Shown piece after piece: positions 56,754 to 64,000 of a stretch of 64,000 bases of DNA. This stretch comes from Candidatus Latescibacterota bacterium (GTDB lineage Bacteria; Latescibacterota; UBA2968; UBA8231). A program made the position numbers and the translations under genes. The number at the start of each line of letters is the position of its first letter. Position 1 is the stretch's first letter. The notes below the pieces were generated by a model. It did no database searches. It was not told where the DNA came from and saw nothing but the letters and a program-made list of their open reading frames with translations. The DNA lies in assembly GCA_965200315.1 (NCBI GenBank), contig OZ241362.1:2688001-2752000 (forward strand), read 5' to 3'.

Positions 56754-59700
56754 ATGGCTTTGGACGAGATTATTCAGAAAAATGTTGTGGTTGACACGCC
56801 TAGTGCTTCAGACCTCGCGGCGAGACCAGATGAATGGGCCAATCGTTTTCAATTTCACGTCTCAACGCACGTCGCGATTGCCGATATGACCGATAAGTGG
56901 GATGCAATTCTCAAAAATATCCTGCGAGGGCGTTCAGCAACCGGTCTCATTCATGCCGATACAGGATACGGCAAGACCTCAACAGCAGCCTCATTCTGGC
57001 ATTATGCGGAACAACGGAAAATTGTCACAGTTCCACCTTTCGCCTGGAATAGCATCGCCGACATGCTTATCGCAACTCATGGATGGGTCTGTCATCGTTT
57101 AAAGATGAAGAGGCCAGATCTAATTGCCGATCTAGAACAGCAGTATAAGACGCTAATTGAAAGAAGCGACGAAGACCGTGCCCGCAGAACCAGTCAAGAA
57201 GAAGATATTCCGCTCGATCATACCAGACGGGTTGTTCAGTCGCTCAAAGCGAAAGGTGATATAACTGATTCCATCTCCGCGAACCGCCTCATTGACTACC
57301 TACGGAAGGCAACAGCAACGCTTCTTGAGGCAGATTACAAAGGATTGCTTATTCTGCCGGATGAATTCGAGCTTTTTGCCAATACGAATCCAGACATCGC
57401 TAAGAACTTTGCTGAACTCAAGGATTTTATCTTCCCGATTTTTCAAGAAGCGAATCTTCCAATCGGCTGTGTTGTTCTGACCTATCGCCGAACTTTTTCG
57501 GAGATCCAACTCAGAGAACCTTACATATTTGCACGCTTCAACAAGCCTGAAGGAAGTTTGATTGATCTCGAGCAAGCGTATGGAAAAATTGAAAACGATA
57601 GGTCTTTTGCCCACGACCTTTGGGAAAAATTGTCCATTCAGTGCAATCTATCCACCGAGGAACAAAAGGCGATTGATCAGGATGTGCTATTTGCCCTCGG
57701 ACAGTTTTTGGGACACCAACGCACAACACAACTCATTAGTGGCCCCCGATCGGTTGTTGCGACATTCCGGCGAGCTGCCATTCGCTACACTGAGACGCAA
57801 CAGACGTATTCAATTTTCGATTTTTGCGAAGATTATATCTCTCAGGGAATTATCTGCTTCAATAACCAAGAAACCGATGCAGTCAAATCTCATACCTCAA
57901 TCATGAGCCAACCTATTATCGGTGCTGACGAAGCAAAGCAGAAGTTGGTTAAGCTCCTGTGCGTCTGTCCAGATGGCGTACCAGAAGTACTTTTCAAGAA
58001 GAACGATATTTCCGATAAAGACCGCTTGGCAGTTGTGGAGGGATTATTAGGGACACATGTTATTACAAAAATTGTCGGACCAACATTGATCCACTATAAA
58101 GATGATTTACAATCAGGTGATGCACTCATTGAGCTTCTCAAAGTTCTTCGGAATCAGTACAATCCCGCAAGCGCAGAAACACATCGCGCTGCAGTCAGGT
58201 CATTTGCGAATTTCATTCTACCCGAAATCTTCTCACAGACTATTGGAGCATCCTTTACGGGTTGGGGAGGATTAAAAAAGATGGAAGGGGATATCGAACC
58301 GACCTATCAGGCCGCGCTGTCAGGGACATCGATCCGAGATTATCCAGATCGGACACTGACTGTACATGTTGGCACTGAGGATTTCCAAGAGATTAGCGGT
58401 CCCTATCGTGAAAGTCAGTTGTTCGCCTCTTTTATTTTTTTGACTCAGCCCGGTGATACCACAAATACATGTGATGTTGACAAAGATGGTCTCTATTTTC
58501 AACTCAACATATCCGAAGCGATCGACAGACAAGAAATTCCAAGAGATATTGGCAAACTCGGCGATCTCTTTCTGCCGGAATCTGTTACCCCTTCGCTACT
58601 CTTGTCGATGCTTGACTTCTTTGAGAAAGAAACGACTATCGACCAGATGAAGGAGTTAAAACAGGAAGCGCAAGTGCAACTCTTGAAATCCCGAATTTAT
58701 GACCAATTGATCAGTTATTTCTTCTCCACTGAGGTCAAGGAGAGTGCCGTATCACAGCAGGCAGATTTAGCACAAGTCCCAGCGGGAAAAAGTTTTGCCG
58801 AACGGGCTTTAGGTGTACTGATGCGGAAAAAGTTTAAATCATATCGTGCCGTCGCAATCTCTCATCAGTGGCAAAAAAATTTGAGGCTCTACATACAGAC
58901 CCTGAGAGACGCTGAAAGCCTCGGTGTGAAACGGGGCGAGGAACCTATCAAAATGATTGGCAGAGATGTGCCGGGGAGGTTCAATGTTGGTCAGCATACC
59001 ACTTTCTCTAATACCTTCTATCCAGACGGTATTTTGCGTGACCTTTTGCTCGTTAATGAACTTGACGTCAATGGTAGAACTGTAGCAGAAAGTGTTGAAG
59101 TTAAAAACAATCAGGGTCCCGTTGCTGTCTATTTCAAACGCCACGACATGGAAGAGCGCATTTTGAAGACGCTTGAGGAAAGCACGGAAAGCATCGTTAT
59201 TGATGGCAAGCATACCAAAGCAATGAAATGCCATGAAATTTTCCAGCAGGAAGCGAGTCTTGGCTATCTCAATGATGAAATTGAGGAGTTAATCAAAGTA
59301 TTGAAAGCAAGGGGATTGGTTGATCAAAAACAGTACCAAGGGATTGATTATCTATATCGTGTTGAAACAGAAATCAATTTTGCCGAACTGCAACGCAAGA
59401 TCGAACGACTTGAGGAACTGGAGGCACTGGCGAGTTCAAAAGGCTTTACTCCGGAAAGGGAAGAAGATAACTCGTTATCATCGGCTCAGGCAGATTTTCA
59501 GACAATCGGAATTGAGTCCGATGAAGTTCGCAAAGATTCATTACGGCAAAAACTCAATGCGATTGAGGACGCTTTCTCAACGCAGTGTGGGGGATGGCTG
59601 AACACCGAAATGAAACGAGCCGATCAAAAACGCTATGAAATTGAGCCGTTGCGCCTTGATGTTCCAACAGTACTTGATGAAATGACGGGACACCCATTGA

Positions 59701-60836
59701 CAGAGTTTTCGACGCTCCTGTTTAATGATATTCGCAGTGAGGTCAAAAAGGCGTACACAATGCTCTCTGGTCAGGTTTCCGCTTTACAGAATGAAGTCAA
59801 GAATACACTGAACGAAAAGCTCCAGAGCTACAAGGCGGATAGCAGTCCTGAAAAAGCAATTGATGTTGCGGCACAACTGCGGGTCTTCTGCGATGTGATT
59901 GACACAAAAATCAATGGATTGCGAACTTCCGGGAAAGAAGCAGAGCAACTTTACACGTCTTTTGAAAAATGGCGAACGCTTACCAGACAGATCGAAAGCA
60001 ATCGCTTGACGATGAGCGAAGCCCAAGCCAGTGACGCCCTCGACAATCTTATTGATCGATTAGACAATGAACAGCAACAGATCAAAAAACATCTCGCCAA
60101 CCGAGCATTAAGACTGAGCCAAGTGCTTGAAAATCATGAACACTTCACCAAACGATTTACAGAAATCAAGGAGGAATACAACCAGATTACCGAAAATCGA
60201 AAAGATGAGTTTATTGAGTTCCAAGGGATGATTGAAACAGAACTCGTCAAATTGCTTGACACGCCGCATATCGGAGAACCCTACAATCCGTCAGACGAAG
60301 ATGGTGCTTATCGCCGTGTCCGCGAGAAAGCAGTTGAAAAAATTCGTGAATCTTTTATCAAACGCGCAATTCAAAGAATTGCAGCAATGAAAAACGAGTT
60401 GATGAAACCAATAGAGGTTTTCGACGTCGAGCCCAATGTCAAAAACGATGCTATAGATTTGAAGAAAAAGGTCTCAGCATTAGAAATTCAAATTAGTCGA
60501 ATCGATCAGGAACTACAACCGAAAGAGATTGAAGAACAATTGCCCGATTTTGTTCAGTCCTTACTTACAATGAGAGAAGAAAGCACAGAGTTGATGAATC
60601 AATGGGGAAGTATTCAAGGTCAGCTAAGACGTGACAAAAATGAGTTGAGTCATAGGGCGAGAGTACTGTTGGACTTGGTTGAAACAAACACAGACAAAGA
60701 TTTCACAGAACTGATTATTGCTCTCAGGCAGCCTGAAAACAAAATGTTTAGTTCGACGACGGAGATTATTGAAAGCCTCGAAGAATTATACCAATATAAT
60801 TGGCTGAACATCAAAGTCTCACGCACAACATCATAA
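56754..60836 (+). CDS. Large BrxC/PglY-like ATPase with coiled-coil C-terminal half
   Basis: ADTGYGKT, LLILPDEFE, FARF, GPRSVV; long heptad-rich region; GAGGAG RBS; directly upstream of PglZ. Confidence 0.75.
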   Translation: MALDEIIQKNVVVDTPSASDLAARPDEWANRFQFHVSTHVAIADMTDKWDAILKNILRGRSATGLIHADTGYGKTSTAASFWHYAEQRKIVTVPPFAWNSIADMLIATHGWVCHRLKMKRPDLIADLEQQYKTLIERSDEDRARRTSQEEDIPLDHTRRVVQSLKAKGDITDSISANRLIDYLRKATATLLEADYKGLLILPDEFELFANTNPDIAKNFAELKDFIFPIFQEANLPIGCVVLTYRRTFSEIQLREPYIFARFNKPEGSLIDLEQAYGKIENDRSFAHDLWEKLSIQCNLSTEEQKAIDQDVLFALGQFLGHQRTTQLISGPRSVVATFRRAAIRYTETQQTYSIFDFCEDYISQGIICFNNQETDAVKSHTSIMSQPIIGADEAKQKLVKLLCVCPDGVPEVLFKKNDISDKDRLAVVEGLLGTHVITKIVGPTLIHYKDDLQSGDALIELLKVLRNQYNPASAETHRAAVRSFANFILPEIFSQTIGASFTGWGGLKKMEGDIEPTYQAALSGTSIRDYPDRTLTVHVGTEDFQEISGPYRESQLFASFIFLTQPGDTTNTCDVDKDGLYFQLNISEAIDRQEIPRDIGKLGDLFLPESVTPSLLLSMLDFFEKETTIDQMKELKQEAQVQLLKSRIYDQLISYFFSTEVKESAVSQQADLAQVPAGKSFAERALGVLMRKKFKSYRAVAISHQWQKNLRLYIQTLRDAESLGVKRGEEPIKMIGRDVPGRFNVGQHTTFSNTFYPDGILRDLLLVNELDVNGRTVAESVEVKNNQGPVAVYFKRHDMEERILKTLEESTESIVIDGKHTKAMKCHEIFQQEASLGYLNDEIEELIKVLKARGLVDQKQYQGIDYLYRVETEINFAELQRKIERLEELEALASSKGFTPEREEDNSLSSAQADFQTIGIESDEVRKDSLRQKLNAIEDAFSTQCGGWLNTEMKRADQKRYEIEPLRLDVPTVLDEMTGHPLTEFSTLLFNDIRSEVKKAYTMLSGQVSALQNEVKNTLNEKLQSYKADSSPEKAIDVAAQLRVFCDVIDTKINGLRTSGKEAEQLYTSFEKWRTLTRQIESNRLTMSEAQASDALDNLIDRLDNEQQQIKKHLANRALRLSQVLENHEHFTKRFTEIKEEYNQITENRKDEFIEFQGMIETELVKLLDTPHIGEPYNPSDEDGAYRRVREKAVEKIRESFIKRAIQRIAAMKNELMKPIEVFDVEPNVKNDAIDLKKKVSALEIQISRIDQELQPKEIEEQLPDFVQSLLTMREESTELMNQWGSIQGQLRRDKNELSHRARVLLDLVETNTDKDFTELIIALRQPENKMFSSTTEIIESLEELYQYNWLNIKVSRTTS

Positions 60837-61984
60837 ATAAAGCGAGGCGTGAGTTGGATGGGTTAATTAAATCTCTAAAGAGATCCCCGTGTCTGATAAC
60901 TTTGCCAAAGAAAACGCAGGGACTGTGGGATATATGCCTGTCTGGTATTTGGCAGCCTATTTCGTTATCAGAGTGGAGAGGTGTTATTGATGCGCCATGG
61001 GAAGTTCCTACACAAGCGACACTTTTTGTGAATCTTCCAGAGGCTGAAAGCAAAGAGTTAACAGAAATTTTCGGTTTCCCCACGATTGATCTCCCTGTGG
61101 TTCCCCCAATCGAATGGGTGAATCAGAAACTGCCCGATCATTTTAGTGCCTTATGCACAAGCGAATCAAAGCTCTTAAAACAGTCGCAACTCGTCCAGAT
61201 CATTACAGACCGCGTATCATACATGCTTCCCGACATCGTGATTTTTCTGGTACTCGATGGTCTATCATTGTATGATGTCACAGACTGGATATTCCCGGAG
61301 TCTTGGCGCGTAGTGTGTGAGCCATGTCTTGTTGATGGACTAAGCATCACATCAAGCGGCATGCGTCGGTTAATCGGGTCACCACCCTTAACACATCGAT
61401 TGTTTGCGTTAGGATATGTACAGCGACTTGGATTTTCGTATTGGGAACGCTCCCAAAATCAGCTTACCAATGTACTCTTTTCCGAATTTCCACCGAGTCA
61501 AATGTTTCGCTTCACAACCTTTGAAGAGATTTTAAATAGATTACAGAATACGGACTTACCCAACCGAACGTTCATCCAAATCGTCCGCACAGGACTCGAC
61601 GGGGTCTGCCACAGTCATAGAGAAAAACCAAATATAGACGCGATGCTTAGTCAACTTAAATTGGATATTGAACAAATTTCTGAGACAGTTAGTTCATCTC
61701 AGAAAACCGTGCGAGTTTTTATAACTAGCGACCATGGAATTCTTTGGTTCACAGAACAAAAAGTGACGCCATTTAAATCGGGTAGTGCTTCCGCTCGTTA
61801 TACTTATGCGAAATCTTCACCTGATGTGTCAAGAATCACTATTGCTGAATCTGGAGAGACGTTTACAGTTTTAATAGGTGATGAAATCATCGCTAGAAAC
61901 CGGAAGGGGACGGAATGGGGATTTCACGGTGGAATTTCTGCACGAGAATCTTTCGTTCCGTTATTTGATATTACTCCTAAATGA
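60800..61984 (+). CDS. pglZ: PglZ-like alkaline phosphatase-superfamily protein (start may be TTG 60854)
   Basis: FLVLDGLS, LSIT, LDGVCH, FITSDHG, FHGGIS..E..VP. Confidence 0.85.
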   Translation: MAEHQSLTHNIINKARRELDGLIKSLKRSPCLITLPKKTQGLWDICLSGIWQPISLSEWRGVIDAPWEVPTQATLFVNLPEAESKELTEIFGFPTIDLPVVPPIEWVNQKLPDHFSALCTSESKLLKQSQLVQIITDRVSYMLPDIVIFLVLDGLSLYDVTDWIFPESWRVVCEPCLVDGLSITSSGMRRLIGSPPLTHRLFALGYVQRLGFSYWERSQNQLTNVLFSEFPPSQMFRFTTFEEILNRLQNTDLPNRTFIQIVRTGLDGVCHSHREKPNIDAMLSQLKLDIEQISETVSSSQKTVRVFITSDHGILWFTEQKVTPFKSGSASARYTYAKSSPDVSRITIAESGETFTVLIGDEIIARNRKGTEWGFHGGISARESFVPLFDITPK

Positions 61985-61996
61985 TAGGTGGTTCAA

Positions 61997-63205
61997 ATGG
62001 CAGAGGTCAACTTGCGAATCGGCACGGAACACGAAAGCGGCGAATTGATCTATATGAATGCAACAGGATCACGTGCCGTCTTCATCTGCGGCAAGCGCGG
62101 TTCTGGCAAAAGCTATACGATGGGCGTCATCGTCGAAGAGCTATTCAACCAAGAACAAGACGAGGCAACAATTATCATCGCCGATCCAATGGGAATTTAC
62201 CACACGATGGCTTTGCCGAACCAAACCCAAGCAGATGAAGTTCTTCATGCCGGATTCCTTACTAGCGGCTTTCCAGTTCGGCTCATTGTCCCTGGCAATC
62301 CTTTGATTCGGTACGGCGATGCGGTGGTACTTGCGAAGCTGCGAGAGAACGGTGTCGAAGTTGTTCCACTCCAAATTAACGCCGCAGATATCTCGCCCGA
62401 GGCGTGGTGTGAACTATTTGACATTGGCATGAACGAAGTGATGGGGATTGTTTTGGGGAGAGCAGTTGATACACTTCTCGAAAAAGACCAGCATTTTATT
62501 ATTGATGACATCCTTGAGACAATCGATAGAGACCCAAGAGCGAAAGACACCTCTAAAGAAGCTCTGGAAAACCGTTTAATGGCGGCGAATAGGTGGGGTA
62601 TCTTTGCAGAAGAACCCACCTCATTGAATAATGTGTTTCTCTTGAACCATATCAATGTTTTAGACCTAAGTGTGATTGATGCGGGTACAAAAGGACTGCG
62701 TAACATGGTACTTGACGTTGTCTCCCGCCGTCTTTTCTCTGAACGAACCCGAGAAAGACGTAGAGAAGAATTTGGTTTGTCAACGAAGCTACCGCGGGTT
62801 TGGCTGGCGATTGACGAAGCTCATCAATTTGTGCCGAAAGGACGAACCTCGCTCTGTAAGGAAATGCTCATTCGTTGGGTGAAAGAGGGACGTCAACCCG
62901 GTCTCAGCCTCGTCGTAGCGACGCAACAGCCGGCCGCGATTGATCCTGAACTGTTATCACAATGCGACGTCATTATTGCTCACAAAATTACGACTTGGGA
63001 TGATATCAATGCACTTGACCGACTGAGTGCAACGTACATGGCGGGAAACTTAAAAGGATACATTCGCAACTTAAACCGCAGAGGTGAGGCTCTATTAGTT
63101 GATGATGAAACCGAGTCTGTTACGACAATTCGAGTCCGCCCGCGATTTAGTTCGCACGGCGGTGCCGAAATTCAAGAAAAGACTGTGCGAAAATTTTTAT
63201 TTTAG
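61997..63205 (+). CDS. HerA/FtsK-superfamily (DUF87-like) ATPase
   Basis: GKRGSGKSYT, IADPMG, LAIDEAH, EGRQPG, ATQQP. Confidence 0.9.
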   Translation: MAEVNLRIGTEHESGELIYMNATGSRAVFICGKRGSGKSYTMGVIVEELFNQEQDEATIIIADPMGIYHTMALPNQTQADEVLHAGFLTSGFPVRLIVPGNPLIRYGDAVVLAKLRENGVEVVPLQINAADISPEAWCELFDIGMNEVMGIVLGRAVDTLLEKDQHFIIDDILETIDRDPRAKDTSKEALENRLMAANRWGIFAEEPTSLNNVFLLNHINVLDLSVIDAGTKGLRNMVLDVVSRRLFSERTRERRREEFGLSTKLPRVWLAIDEAHQFVPKGRTSLCKEMLIRWVKEGRQPGLSLVVATQQPAAIDPELLSQCDVIIAHKITTWDDINALDRLSATYMAGNLKGYIRNLNRRGEALLVDDETESVTTIRVRPRFSSHGGAEIQEKTVRKFLF

Positions 63206-63241
63206 CGTCTAACTCACGCCCCCATCCCCGAGAGGTTTTCC

Positions 63242-64000
<759 letters not shown>

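Larger units (their letters stand above)
50880..63210 (+). other. Low-GC horizontally acquired defence island
   Basis: Abrupt shift from roughly 60-65% GC to roughly mid-40s% (visual estimate); nine co-oriented, tightly packed genes. Confidence 0.85.

Noticed and set aside
63170-63205. PIP-box or clamp-binding motif at the HerA C-terminus (EKTVRKFLF)
   Set aside because: Only a loose match; cannot be supported without conservation data
47207-63240. tRNA-Glu as the attachment site of the island
   Set aside because: Two host-like genes intervene and I saw no duplicated tRNA 3' end or integrase

Overview
GC-rich bacterial chromosome segment. The four PhyH dioxygenases, FG-GAP/ASPIC-UnbV proteins, amidohydrolases and many TA remnants suggest a Latescibacterota/Poribacteria-like, possibly sponge-associated lineage (inference only). 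Positions 1-50.6 kb hold housekeeping and catabolic genes (ettA, sat, purN, arsC, pdxS/pdxT, UbiD-family decarboxylase, tRNA-Glu), a lone type IIG-like R-M gene, a Phd-VapC pair, a dead HicA, an Rpn gene with an apparent internal antitoxin start, a MITE and many deletion scars. The main feature is a sharply AT-richer ~12.3 kb co-oriented operon at 50961-63205, between ubiD and acnA. It encodes a triple RNAP alpha-CTD/sigma-region-4 protein, a GNAT acetyltransferase fused to a TGT/DpdA-like transglycosylase, a BrxA-like protein, a PIN toxin with a small partner, a small P-loop protein, a 1360-aa BrxC/PglY-like ATPase, a compact PglZ and a HerA/FtsK ATPase. It reads as a BREX-like defence system with no methyltransferase, in which base exchange (7-deazaguanine-type, perhaps acetylated) would supply the self mark. 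All calls come from motifs read by eye; no searches were run.
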